Shown here piece by piece: positions 26,175-39,070 of a stretch of 64,000 nucleotides of DNA (the stretch's first letter is position 1; each line of letters begins with the position of its first letter). The notes beneath the pieces were generated by a model, which searched no databases, was not told where the DNA came from, and saw only the letters and a program-made list of their open reading frames with translations. The DNA is taken from positions 4,182 to 68,181 of the forward strand of contig JAQGDQ010001042.1 in assembly GCA_030141605.1 (NCBI GenBank), given 5' to 3'. Made by a program: the position numbers and the translations under genes. Source of the stretch: Tubiluchus corallicola (lineage: Eukaryota; Animalia; Priapulida).

Positions 26175-27083
26175 CTGAAACAAAAGAGACATTTAGACCA
26201 TTTGTCTCGGCATCAATTGACAGTAGTAATACGAAAAGTTGCATGCTACGTGATGTAAAAACCCCTCACCAGATGGGGTACCACTAACCCATCAAGGTCA
26301 AAAAGACGTCAAACTGAACAACTATTGTCAACTTTTTCACTTTAGTCATGCTAACGCCCAAAGGCAGGCGGGTAACTGACCTATGGCTATCAAAACCCCT
26401 ATTTTATTTATTTTATTCACGCCCAATATTAAGACTATATAAAAACAGCCTAAAATAAAAACAATATTTACAAGAGTGTGGTAAAGACACAAAGAGAGAG
26501 GAGGAGGGAGAGAGAGAGGGAGAGAGAGAGAGAGAAGAGAGAGAAAGAGAGAGAGAAAGAAGAGGAAGAGAGATGAAGAGAGAAAGAAAGGTAAAGAGTT
26601 TGATAAAGACACAAAGAGATTAACTACTTACACGTGTCTATTATGTACAAGGAATTTATGCAAGTTAACTTTATATAAGCTGCTTTTAAATAACTTAATA
26701 TTTTGTGCAATTACGAGGGGTGCACCATCAACATATGCAGGCAATCAGTTCCAAAATTGTTCAACTCGATTTGAGAAACATTGACCAAATGATACTTTAA
26801 CAGTTCGACCCACGAAAAGCTTCAGACAAACTGATTTTGCCTCGTTTTATTGCAAGATGCTAGACAAAATAATAAAAACGAACAATAAATAAGAACTGCA
26901 GGTTCACCTCGTGAAGATACGACAAGCATTTCAAACTCAACAATAGCTTTAAAAGTAACACCCACGTTTAGAAAACCATAAAGTAGTACTTTATTACGCC
27001 CGAGTGGGTTGTTTGCCTACAATGTAATTGGTTTTTCCTGGACCACCCCCTCGTACGGAGATGTAGTTTCAGTCTAAAACGAC

Positions 27084-27373
27084 TCATTGGCTTAGATTTA
27101 CGAGTTTTGTTATTGGTCGAGGAATAACAAGATCAGCTACAGTAAGATTAGCAACAAAACCTGAATGAATAGAAAGTTCACCTGACGCGAGAGGTTGGAC
27201 AGGGATTTGGGAAACATGCTCGCAGGGCTCATGGCTCAGATTTACAAGTTTTGTTATTGGCCGAGGAATAATAAGATTAGCTACAGTAAGAATAGCAACA
27301 AAACCTGAATGAATAGAAGGTTCACCTGACGCGAGAGGTCGGACAGGGATTTGGGAAACATGCTCGCAGGGCT
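27084..27373. repeat. ~144-bp tandem duplication
   Basis: Two copies, each ending gggaaacatgctcgcagggct. Confidence 0.85.
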
Positions 27374-27812
27374 GTAAAACGTATATATATAGAGGAAACG
27401 CCCTGTGTGGAACTGCATGAATAAATTTTGAAGGAGGACAATAAGTTGTTAGACTTATGAGATCTTGGAAAAACATTTTGGAAATAAAAATGAAAGCACT
27501 ACAACAAGTTTATGAATAAGAAATGCCAGGAATTTTCATAAATTCCTGAACGTCATCCCTTGTTCCCTCTCTCTCCCTCATAATTTTTTGTTGCTCTCCT
27601 CTATTTCATGCAAAATTCACGTTGGTGATTGTGTTAGTAACGACTGCAGCAAATTCACAAATGATTGTCGATAAAAATTAGCTACGCTTCACCGCGATAC
27701 AGCACTCCCAGTTTCCCATCACTATGGTAACAAAGCGGATGATGTTTAATCACAAGCGTGTATCGCTAACAATGTAGGGAGGAGACGCATGCAAATTCCA
27801 GTTACTCAAGTC

Positions 27813-28299
27813 TAGGGATGAGAATGACAAATTGCAAAAAAACCGTGAAACAGCCCGGGGTTTTGGCGCCAATGGGGTTGAGGGGCAAAGCCCCCCTTGG
27901 AACCAGCGACAAATTGCAATTTTGTGACCACAGAGAGCCTCTAAGTGGACTTAAATATGAATTACCTTGTTTCATGCATAATTTAAAATATCCAACCATC
28001 AAGGATACATGATACCTAATTGTCTCAAAAACGCCTAAGTACTGGCCGCTCCTATGCAAAAGTATAAAAAAACTGTCTGCAATTGACTCAAATAACTCTG
28101 CACAATTGATTCTATATTTTTATACATAGAGATACACACGTGGTTACACTGATGTACGTGACGTAAACAAAGTGACGGCCTGCCAACTAGCTGTCAGCTT
28201 GTGAAATACTGTACTGGGTCCGTAAAAATTTTCTCAACGAATTTACGCGATTTACAAAAATGGCACTACTGGTCTTCCAAAAACTCGGAATTCCGCGTA
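27813..28299 (+). mobile_element. hAT MITE family A, copy 6 (3'-truncated)
   Basis: Left TIR and body match; right TIR missing. Confidence 0.85.
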
Positions 28300-29720
28300 G
28301 CATGCAAATGTATAGAGATAGTCTTCTTGCATTGAGAATTCGAGGAACTTATCTTGTCGTATGACCTATTAAGCGCAATCATCTTTTAAAGATGGCGCCA
28401 CTTTCTACGTGTATTTCGATCACCATCATCGCAGATTGCAAAACGATATTGCAGTTCGTTAAGACGACTTCTGTTTTTTTCAAAAATTCGTCATTTTCTA
28501 CTGAATTTCTACTTGTGGTCAGGCTTTTAAAGTAAAACCGGATCCAAGGTTAAACTGTAGGTTAAAACAATCTACTCTTTAAAATATAGAAAGGAAACGT
28601 ACTAGTTTTTCAAAAATGACTTAAGTGAAAGAATTATTACAACACAAATACAACTTGACGTTCGCGCCACTAGTTCTTTGCTGTTACATGCATTTCACTA
28701 TTCGCTAGTTAGATGGGCACTAGCGCCTGCATTTCGGAAGTGCTTTACACAAAAACAGGTGCAGTACCTCTCAGTTCAGATGTGTTAGTTTGTGACGAAT
28801 TACACACGTTGGACAGCTCATGCGTGAGCACAACGGTAAAGTTGAAATTTTGACGTAAAACATGCCTAGTTTTAGTACAACACACTGAATATATTACAGA
28901 AGCACTGTACCTCAATTTTTCTTTCGTAAACACATGCAATACGCTCGTGGAATACCGTTACAGTTGAAAATTATGTTAGTTTCTGATGTCGTCAATAGTT
29001 GGGCTCGCCTGCTGTTAATTACGTTTTTAACCTATTATTTAATAACCAAAACCGATCTGGAAATATTATATGCCACAACATGTTTACTTGTTACCATACT
29101 GGGGTAGCATATGAAAAATCATACTCTTTTCCTTTAATCCACCCAGTGACTGGTTAATGACCACCTGAACTGCAATGACGTTTAAATTATAATAATCTGA
29201 TGTAGCTACCTGTCAAATTGTAAATAAAATGTTTAAATCTGCCCATTTTCAGTGCGGAGGGCCGCATGCTGTGCAGTCAGAAGCACTTTAATAAGAGTTA
29301 TGTGTAGATCCATTCTCAAACCAGCAGCTAAATGAATGAGGAAGCCAAGTAGATAGATGTTAATCTACACAGGGGGTTTCTCTTTCCTTCACTAATTTCC
29401 ATACCTTGTTATTCGCACGTTATTCTGGTCACGCAAACGCTACACACGAAAGAAAATCGATGACCAGACGTGTTGGCGATTCAACGCTTTCGTACTTTCA
29501 GCTAGCATGAAAGCCTAGAACCTCCCGAAAAACGTTACAAGAGTAAGTCTAAAGGGCGAACACATTTGTGGCGAATACAAAGCAAAGCTGTAGGCTGCAG
29601 AGTTGATTGTACAGGGCTTCTGAATTGTCAACTAATATGAAGCCATGGAGGTGCGCATGCGCAAGTCGGAAAAACAATTCAATTCAAAAGGTTTATTCAT
29701 CTCTAATATAATATTTATAG

Positions 29721-30206
29721 CAGGGGTGTGCAAACTGCGGCCCGTCGAGAGAATTTGTGGGGCCCCCAAAAGAGATTTGTCAACCTAATGAAAGTGCGGC
29801 CCGGGTGATTAATTGAGTGTATCCAGCTGAAGTCCGTGCCACGATCCCAAAGATAGTGCGGGTAGTTAGTTTTTCTACTAGATCGGATGCCATTAACCCT
29901 TACAAGACGGTTGTAGCTTAATGTCACTGTACTACACAGACTGTGTGATAAACATTACTAATGTGCATTGTAATGAAATTACCACTATCTGTTCTGAAAG
30001 TAGAAATGTATGGTTTGTAATATAAATTTTAATAACTTCTAAAATACTTTCTTGAGTGTAGTAGTAATGATGTACGCAGGTCGGATGCAAAAAAATCGTT
30101 ATTAGGCCTTTCTGTACTTGGCTCCTTGATCAAACTGCCTGTGGCCCGCAGGAATTGTGGGAAAGTTTAATGTGGCCCGGCTAGTCAGATAATTTGCACA
30201 CCCCTG
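29721..30206 (+). mobile_element. hAT MITE family B
   Basis: TIRs; TSD atttatag/atttataa. Confidence 0.9.
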
Positions 30207-30856
30207 ATTTATAACGCAAATACAACAAATTATGTAAAGTATGTAGAGATGGGGTGCCGAAAGACCAGGAGGTCATCGAGTCAGCCACCCCTATATTATA
30301 AAGCACGGCAGACTACATGGTTAAGTGAATAAATACGTGGTTAGATCTTAAGTGTAGCAAATAAACAAGATGCAAAGCAGTTATATTATAATTATACCAA
30401 TGAAAAACAGCAAGCAAATAATGCAATTAAAAATTAAACCAACAACTGAACAAGTCATGAATGCAACAACAAAAAAAGCAAGCAATGTGGTTAAATCATA
30501 AATTCAGAAAACAGTACCTAGAACAGAAGAGTGAAAGAATAGATAGAAGATCTAACTTCAATTCAAAACCGGTGTTGACTATTCAACGCTTCCGTACAAT
30601 CAAGCTGCCTCAATTTGTATGGAAGCGCAAAACGACCATCGAGAAACACGTTCTGCTACTTTTCTCGTCTTTGTGTCCGTTCGTTAAGTGGATACACGAG
30701 TTTTTTGGCGACAAGATTTTCCACTAAGGCAGAACAAAAGGGCAGCCAATAGCACGAGAGATAAGCCAGGAGAGATAAAAGCAAGGCTCCCTTTAAGAGG
30801 ATTATGAATGAGCGAAGGTTCTGACGAACTGTTACACATCTCATTTCAATTATTTG

Positions 30857-31257
30857 CAGGGATGAGGATGACAAATTGCAAGAAACTCTGGTTTTTTTGG
30901 GGTTTGTGGGCCACGTAGGCAGCAACAAATTGCAATTTTGTGACCATAGAGAGCCTCTAAGTGGACTTAAAATATCAATTACCTTGTTTCATGCATAACT
31001 TAAAATACCCAACTATCAAGGATACATGATACCTAATTGTCTCAAAAACGCCTAAGTACTGGCCGCTCCTATGCAAAAGTATATAAAAACTGTCTGCAAT
31101 TGACTCAAACAACTCCGCACAATTGATTCTATATTTTTATACATAGAGATATACACATGGTTACACTGATGTACGTGATGTAAACAAAGTGACGGCCTGC
31201 CACCTAGCGGTCAGCTTGTGAAATAATGTACTGGGTCCGTAAAAATTTTCTCAACGA
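30857..31257 (+). mobile_element. hAT MITE family A, copy 7 (truncated)
   Basis: Left TIR and body match. Confidence 0.85.
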
Positions 31258-31304
31258 TTGTAAAATTATACGGCAACGATTCGAGCCGTTCCAGCTGCTT
31301 TCAC

Positions 31305-31335
31305 CTTCATTTGGCAAGGACTCAACTAGAGTCAT
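31305..31335 (-). CDS. Candidate first coding exon MTLVESLPNE(G)
   Basis: ATG..GAA G|gtgaaa is phase 1 and in frame with exon 26174; it lies downstream of a CpG and motif cluster; no homology support and the donor is weak. Confidence 0.3.
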
Positions 31336-31439
31336 TAAATTACTGCGCCACCTGCCGGCAAAACACACGAAACATTTGAGAAGCGTGCTATTTTGAGCAG
31401 CAGCTGACGCACGTCTCACGGCAAATCATCGGGTGAAAT

Positions 31440-31790
31440 TCTATTTCATAACAAATTTGTAAATTTGCATGCCGCCCCCGGCAGCAGCAGCAACTATGCA
31501 AATTATGCGCTGATCAATGAAACGTGAGAAGAAAATGATGCTGATGGCGGAATGGAGAGACAAACCGGAACCGGAAGTACCAGAGGCATTCCAGTTTAGC
31601 ACCACACTGGTGAAAACTGTACCGCCACCCACTGCATGCCGACTGTCTAATGTCCAGTCGCAATTTTTTCACGACCACCCACATGTCGACCAATGCTTGA
31701 TTGAAGCCCTCGCGCGCGAGCATTCTGTCACGTGACCAACATGGCGCGTAAGGCTTGCGGTTGTAGGGAAAGCAGGCAGGAGCTTAGCAG
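31440..31790. promoter_or_regulatory. CpG-rich cluster of promoter-type motifs
   Basis: YY1-like GATGGCGG (31543) and CAACATGGCG (31737); tandem ETS ACCGGAACCGGAAGT (31564); CTCGCGCGCGAG (31709); E-box GTCACGTGAC (31727). Confidence 0.4.
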
Positions 31791-32261
31791 TAATCCCCAC
31801 ACAAATTCTATTTCACTGATGTAGCGAAAGTCAAACGCTCAGCATCAGTGACCTGGTATCCTGGAATTAAGACAAACAAGAATTTCACAGCGTCAATGAG
31901 AGAAGCCAAATGAACGTGAAGAATGAAAACCGCTTTACAATGAAAACAATCAGCGAACTTGGCTTCACGGAAAAAGTAATCAGACGAGCTTCCATTCACA
32001 ATGAAAGATAGTCAAATGGAATTGGCTTCAAGGGGAAAATGACCAAATGTCCTCCTTTGGAAAAACCGCAATCAAAGGGTTCGTGCATGGAAACGAAAAC
32101 AGCTAAATGTACCTGGCTTCAGGAGGAATAACTAGGGCTTCACCTCAAATAAGTAAAAACCTTCAACTCGCTAAACCACGTAACTAATTGCTATACGTAA
32201 CATATTAGCTTAAGTACAATGACACTTACGGAACAAAGCAATTTTAATTCGTAATCACCGT

Positions 32262-32762
32262 GTAGCCCTGTTCTTCCTCTTTCTAAAGAGCTATATATCT
32301 CCTTCCGAGAGTCCCACCAGGCGCCGCTAGAACGTTTTTTAGGCAGGCTATTTGGTCAAAATTTCGAAAAAATCGCGAGTTGTGTCCGGGAAAACGTCCG
32401 TTACGGGACGTCGTGGCCCTCTCGCAAATTCTAAATTTGCCCATGACACCCATCGCTGAACAGGCTATCTATCCATGGCCGGCACCACCCTCAGCCCGTT
32501 CCCGTTCTCCAGATCTCAGGCGTATAACTTTTGCAAAAAACGGCCGAAAAATGCCCATTTTTGGAGGTTTTTCACCCCCTGCTCCTCTCGGTAGGCCCGA
32601 TTCGAAAAATAAACCCCCAATGGCACGACACTAGATCGAGATCTTTCGTTTGATGTATAGATCACCGCAAATGGTACCGTCGTCGGAGCTGTAGCCTCGA
32701 ATCTTATATATATATATATATATATATAAATATATATACCAGCAGAATTAATATATACGATT
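32262..32762 (+). mobile_element. Non-autonomous Helentron/DINE-1-like element
   Basis: GC-rich body, tagatcgagatctttcgtttga core, (TA)n and a short conserved 3' end; inverted copy at about 37930-38400. Confidence 0.55.
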
Positions 32763-32776
32763 ATTGACAAGAATTA

Positions 32777-33522
32777 AGACAATTGATGAAAACTGTGATG
32801 TTGATTAGGAACTTGTAAAAGAGGGAAAAGAAGTTGCAGCATCAGTTAGAAAGGGAAACATGCGTCCCAAAGAGTCCAATGGGTCAGACAATTGATGAAA
32901 ACTGTCATGTTGATTAGGAACTTGCAAAAGACGGAAAAGCAACTGCAGCATCAGTTAGAAAGGGAAACACGCGTCCCAAAGAGTCCAATGGGTCAGACAG
33001 TTGATGAAAACTGTGATGTTGATTAGGAACTTGCAAAAGACGAAAAAGCAACTGCAGCATCAGTTAGAAAGGGAAACACGCGTCCCAAAGAGTCCAATGG
33101 GTCAGACAGTTGATGAAAACTGTCATGTTGATTAGGAACTTGCAAAAGAGGGAAAATCAACTGCAGCATCAGTTAGAAAGGGAAACATGCGGCCCCAAAG
33201 AGTCCAATGGATCAGACAATTGATGAAAACTGTCATGTTGATTAGTAACTTGCAAAAGAGGGAAAAGCAACTGCAGCATCAGTTAGAAAGGGAAACACGC
33301 GTCCCAAAGAGTCCAATGGGTCAGACAATTGATGAAAACTGTCATGTTGATTAGGAACTTGCAAAAGAGGGAAAATCAACTGCAGCATCAGTTAGAAAGG
33401 GAAACAAGAGTCCAATGGGTCAGACAGTAGATGAAAACTGTGATGTTGAATAGGAACTTGCAAAAGAGGGAAAATCAACTGCAGCATCAGTTAGAAAAGG
33501 AAACAAAGAGTCCAATGGGTCA
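32777..33522. repeat. 109-bp tandem array, about 7 copies
   Basis: Period 32777/32886/32995. Confidence 0.92.
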
Positions 33523-34150
33523 CATTCAAGCATTCAAACACAGTTAACCTTCATGGGAAAAGAGAGATTTTATTTATGGCGTTTAATTAACAGAAACACG
33601 TCAGACATTTGAGTTCACACAACCAACAGATGTGAACACGTCGCTAACACGTGCACAGCTCATTCTGTAAATATTTCAGAAAAAAAAAGATTTCCATCTG
33701 AACTCGAGAACTTGGTAATGAAGAACACAGTGCGCCGCAAAATTTACAAACTTGATTCATTTGAATGAATTTGAAAGCTGAGTCAGCCATCGTAAATACG
33801 TAATGTATGTTACCCCGATGAAATATATGGGAAAATTAGGAGCAAAAAAGATGCATCAACATTCAGTTGGCAAAAGAACCTTTTATGCTCGCCGTGTGAA
33901 CTAATAATTAGTTTAAACATAATTTATTTAGGATTAGATCAGACAGTTTGTACAACATGATTTAGGATACTCACCACAACAGACTTTATACACTATTTAC
34001 AAGAACATTTACAGTAAGAATAGACTATACTTAGTTTTTAGTATACTAAAGTTTTACTACACTGATACATTAGACATTAGTAGAAAATGACGGTTAGTAA
34101 ATATTAATGTACGATTATTTAAGAATGATGCATTTTATATCAGATAGAAA

Positions 34151-34470
34151 CTACTGGAAGAGTTTAGTACGTAATATAAAGTCATGTATACATTGGAATA
34201 TTTTACAGTTAGTAACATAGTTAAATTCATCTTTTCCGAATAATAACAACTTCAACAGATGATTATTTCCTAAGGCAGCTATATTCAAGTTTTCGGGCAG
34301 AAGTATTTCATTTAATTTATCAAACATAACCCTAGCTAGTTGATACAATGGGCAGTGCAACAAAAAGTGTTCAACAGACTCAAATCAGAACTAATAATTA
34401 TAAGTATCAACTGTGGGGCAATGGATTTAATTTCATACCTCAACTTCATACTGTGGGGTATGAAGTTGAG
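34151..34470 (-). mobile_element. CR1-group LINE ORF2 C-terminal fragment
   Basis: EHFLLHCPLYQLAR..LLLFG..NCKIFQCIHDFILRTKLF. Confidence 0.65.
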
Positions 34471-34473
34471 GTA

Positions 34474-34887
34474 CCGTATTTTCCAGTGTATAAGAGACCC
34501 TTTTTTGCTCAGAATTTTCACTTTAAAAATAGGGGGTCTCTTATACATGGGAGTAAGTCTTTTCAATAAGATGGGTCCTCAAGGCATGGAATGGTGTAAA
34601 GCCAGAGGTCATTATTAAATCTTTCAAGAAGTGTGGCATCTCCAATGCCATGGACGGCACAGAGCACAATGCCATTTTTGAGCACAGTGACTCCTCTGAT
34701 GATGAACTGGCTGGAATTGCTGAAGGTCTGACTCCAGTTGATATTTTTGATGAGAGTGATGAGGAATTTAATGATTTCTATGATGAATAAAGTTATTCAT
34801 TACCGAAAAACTTTTTTCCAGAATTTTTGCCTAAAAATTGAAGAGGTCTCTTATACACAAGGGTCTCTTATACATGGGAAAATACGG
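34474..34887 (+). mobile_element. pogo/Tigger deletion derivative inserted into a LINE fragment
   Basis: TA|CCGTATTTTCC...GGAAAATACGG|TA; encodes WNGVKPEVIIKSFKKCGISNAMDGTE..acidic tail, a pogo-family transposase C-terminus. Confidence 0.88.
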
Positions 34888-36348
34888 TAATTTAGCTAGA
34901 GAAGTGTCGAATCACAATCAGACGCTACTTGTTTTAGCGTTACACTCACTACTATCCCGGTTTTCGGGACAAAAGTGGGGAGACGTCGGTCCTAATTTGC
35001 CGATTGTATGTATTTATTGATAATAAGCTAATACAGAAGGCGTATTCATCCAAAACGAGTTCTATTCATACAGGTTAGAAGCCAGTTGGTGCAGCCTAAT
35101 GCACAAATGAAACAACTAGTTAAGACTAGAAGCAAATAACTACAATCACAGAAGCAGTCACTCTGACTGCAAGAGGTGTGGCCCACAGTCACTCTGACTG
35201 CAAGAGGTGTGGCCCTACTCAGCAGGTCGTCGGGAAGCATGAAAACGATGGAAAGCTCTTAGACACGCGCGCGTGTAGCGTCCCCTGGCGACATGCACGC
35301 TAGGGTGCGCTGCAAATCGCGACAATACCATTACCAATAACAGTTCCATGACACTAGCGAGAAGGATAAAGGATCCCCACAAGCAAAATGGTGAGATGCT
35401 TATGGGACGCATCAAATCAAGCAAAATGGTGAGATGCTTATGGGATGCATCAAAGCAAGCAAAGTAAGTGATAAATAGGAGCAAAACCTGCATGCAGGAT
35501 TCTGCATAATTAAGCGCAACTAGACGATGTTATACCATCAATTATTGATGCTTCTGTGACAGATATTCGTGAGTGTGTATGTTTATTGATCATCTAAGTA
35601 AAGAGAAGATATCTACCGTCCATTGGCGACAGGTATTAGGTGTATTTATCGTGTATAGAGACTAGAGACACAGTGTGTATGACTAAGCACTTTAAAGCAC
35701 AAGAAAACCCTTCATAAACATGAAGCTTGAAAAATTCGTTTCGGAATTTTATATCACTTACGTACTGCTTTTTTCCGTGAAGGACTTCAATCGACAGTCA
35801 CGCTGTATAAAACATGTAAATTTAAACTCCCGCGAGGACCGGATAAGTCATATTTGATGATAAGTCATTTGAAACAAGTTTACATAACATTTTGTAAAGT
35901 TTGAAAAAATAATCAGAGCATTCGTAGCGCACAAGTCACTAACTAAATAAAATTTAAAATTACTGTATCTTGTCAATAAGATTAAAAATACGTTTTTTGG
36001 TTAGTGAGTGGTGCCCCCTGGAGGGTGAGTCAGCGACATTTTACCAATTCGTGAAAACATTTTAAATAATTAATAATTTTCTTTTCTAGTTACACAAGTC
36101 TTTCTAGTAGGTAAGCGAAAATCCAAGTAACATAGATTTGCACGGAAAGTCTTTTGAGGCATAATTTAACATTGCTTTCTCTTCCCTTCATTTACGTTTG
36201 TTACATGACGTCATGTAATGGCGACTTCGGAACAGACTTCAGCAAATAATGTGGTATCAATGATGCCATCTTCAACTACTTTCCACAGAAACGAATGAAT
36301 CCAGATAACAGAAATCAGAAACTGGGAACAGCCCAAACATTTGCTGTA

Positions 36349-36779
36349 CAGTGATTTGCAAAAGTTTAAGACCAAGCTCGAGTTTTCGGGTTTTTCATCA
36401 TACTGTACCCTGATTGCATCAGATTCTTTGTTGATTGCATCATACTGCTAGTGGTCAGACAGGCAGCCATCAAGTGCTGAAGACTTGTGAAGAGTTATCA
36501 AGGACGTTTGGGTTAAAGAAATTACTTCCGAGTACTGCCAAAACCTAATTTCCAGTATGCCTCTTAGAATGAAGGCAGTGATTGACAACTTCGGCGGCCA
36601 TACAAAGTACTAAAATGCTCAAGGACTGCAACTATTTTTGGATAAAAACATACAAACTATGCTGTAGTATATTTTTCTAGAAGAATAAATGAATAGTTTT
36701 TAGATGGAACCGTGTTAAACGATGGTTTTGTCAATTTTCATGAAAAATCACTTTGGTCTTAAACATTTCCAAATGACTG
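36349..36779 (+). mobile_element. Internally deleted Tc1 element of the same family, keeping the transposase C-terminus
   Basis: Both TIRs; encodes VWVKEITSEYCQNLISSMPLRMKAVIDNFGGHTKY*, the Tc1 terminal motif. Confidence 0.88.
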
Positions 36780-37929
36780 CACATCTGGTGGTACTCAGAC
36801 GACAGATTGTCCAATAACAGGCAAGAGTGTTGGTACAAATGAAGAGAAGAGCCACCAGATCTCGAGGATATCGGTTTGAAAATTTATCCGTGTCCTACTC
36901 CAACACGGATCCCCGACGATTCGGGGTTTATTTACCAAACCCAGCAGATGTTTAACATTCTCCGTTTCACAGACGTCTTTCGTACGATCCGACCAACATG
37001 TTGTTTTAGAGGAACAGGCAAACTTTTTGGAAATCCATCGGGAAGTGTTTCTGGGCGCACCACACACAACAAAAGTGGTAAGAAAAATAAACGTGATATG
37101 ATGGTAGTCATCACACACTGGTACAGTCACTGAAGTTACAGTATCGGTAACCCGAAAAAAACAGTTACGAAAATAAAGCAAGATAAAAAACTACGTAGCA
37201 GGTCCTTAACCGAAGAGTAAGCATTGAGCTTTACACGAAAATCAATGTCTGGATCATATCATGTTGTGCTCAAGCGTCGGCACACATCACAATGTCCACA
37301 TTCTGCAACCTCACGATCCAGTCTGAGGTATTCCATGAGGTTTTGCAAGAAATTGTGAGTAATAAGACTTTTGACGATTTTGCTGTGGGCACGTGCAGTG
37401 GCTGCAGGTCAAAGGTTAAGTGCACAACGACACGTGACATGTGTGTAAAGCAAAGCCGTCTGCTGCATCAGTTCAGTTACATCAGTTGTTTTACGTGGAC
37501 TTTACTTAATTAAGCATTAGTCTACGCGTAGAGTGATTTATTGCTAGCAGGATATTGCTTGGAAACAAGAAAAAATGAACTAAGTAAGGTCTTGGCTAAC
37601 CTTGTTAAAACTCTTACTACTACAATAGCTTGGGCTGCAAGGCATTGTCAAGTGTACACAAATGCGTTGTCTGGTACACTTAACCTTTGACCTACAACAA
37701 CTGCGCGTGCGCACAACGAAACCATGAAGTTTTCAACCTATTATTTAGTGATCAGAAATGCTTTGGCATTTTTATACGTGTTAAAATTTTACCGTCTTCA
37801 AAATGTTATAGGATATGAAAGACCGTCTTGTTTTGTTTTAAGGAAGTTGCACAACCAACAAGGTTTAATGGAAAGAACACTCACGAATGTAGTACGAACA
37901 CGTAGCATTCTAGACCTTGTGGAAGTTAA

Positions 37930-38400
37930 TCTTCGCATATATTAATTCTACTGGTATATATATATATATATATACATTTATCATATATATATATTTGTTG
38001 CGATCTATACATCAAACGAAAGGTCTCGATCTAGTGTCGTGCCATTGATGGTTTATTTTTCGAATGGGGCCCACCACGAGGAAAGGGGGGCGAAAAACCT
38101 CCAAAAATGCCCATTTTCGGCCGTTTTTTGCAAAAGTTATACGGCTGAGATGTAGAGAACGGGAACGGGCCGAGGGTGGTCCTGGGTATGGATAGATAGC
38201 CCGTTCAGCGCTGGGTGTAGTAGGCATATTTAGAATTCCCGAGAGGGTCACGGCGTCCCGTAACGGGCGTTTTCCTGGACCCCAGTCGCGATTTTTTCAA
38301 AATTTTAGTCAAACAGCATGCAGAAAAAACGTTCTAGCGGCGCCTGGGACTCTCGGAAGGAGATATATAGCTCTTCAGAAAGAGGAAGGACAGGGCCACA
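37930..38400 (-). mobile_element. Helentron/DINE-1-like element, inverted copy
   Basis: Reverse complement of 32262-32762. Confidence 0.55.
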
Positions 38401-38979
38401 CGATGATGTGGGTTATATTTTAGGACACGTCCACCAAAAGGAGTGACGCCGAGTTAATTAGATGTTCTTTTTTTGGAAATTTTCGCTTGTCAAGAAAAAT
38501 GTTCTGAAATGTATTGCAGATTAACGGCAAAAGATTAACACTCAAGATGTGACGACGCGTGGGCCGCGCGAATCCTTTTCATTCAGAGATTTAATCTGCT
38601 CAAGTGAAATCAATGAAGCCAGTCAGATGAAACCCTATATCGTATTTGCACAGAGCAACTAAACTTAACGAGGAAGCCGAATTTCACTTCAATCGAAAGT
38701 GAAATTGGACGAGAAGTGGAAGAGGAAGAGGGTGACACATGGTAACCATAGCAACAGGGTAAATTCAGGGGAGCGGGTAAGATTTTTCTATTTCAAAGAA
38801 GATTTGCAGTAACAAAGTTTAGCACAAATGAGAAGCTTCGCGTATGTCTTATTGAAAAGTGTCTCATTGCGTTATCACATCATTATTACTGTTAGTAGCA
38901 CCAATCCTGAAATGAAATTGTACAGATTAATGTATATCATCTTTGAACCTAGCCACTGGGGGGGGGGGGCAAGCCAGCC

Positions 38980-39070
38980 CAACTCAGTACCGGTCCCAAG
39001 CCCGGATAAATAGGGAGGGTTAGGGTCAGGAAGGGGATACGCCTGTAAAAAATGCGCCAAAACCTTCTAT
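38980..39070 (+). mobile_element. RTE-type 5' UTR fragment
   Basis: cggtcccaagcccggataaa..ggagggtt..gtcaggaagggg..cctgtaaaa motif recognised from RTE (Expander/Rex3-like) elements. Confidence 0.5.

Noticed and set aside
27084-27476. 130-aa ORF as a kinase N-terminal exon
   Set aside because: Explained by a 144-bp duplication; no family motifs or convincing splice sites.
34930-35561. Second solo LTR
   Set aside because: TG..CA-like ends and a reverse AATAAA are present, but no target-site duplication could be found.
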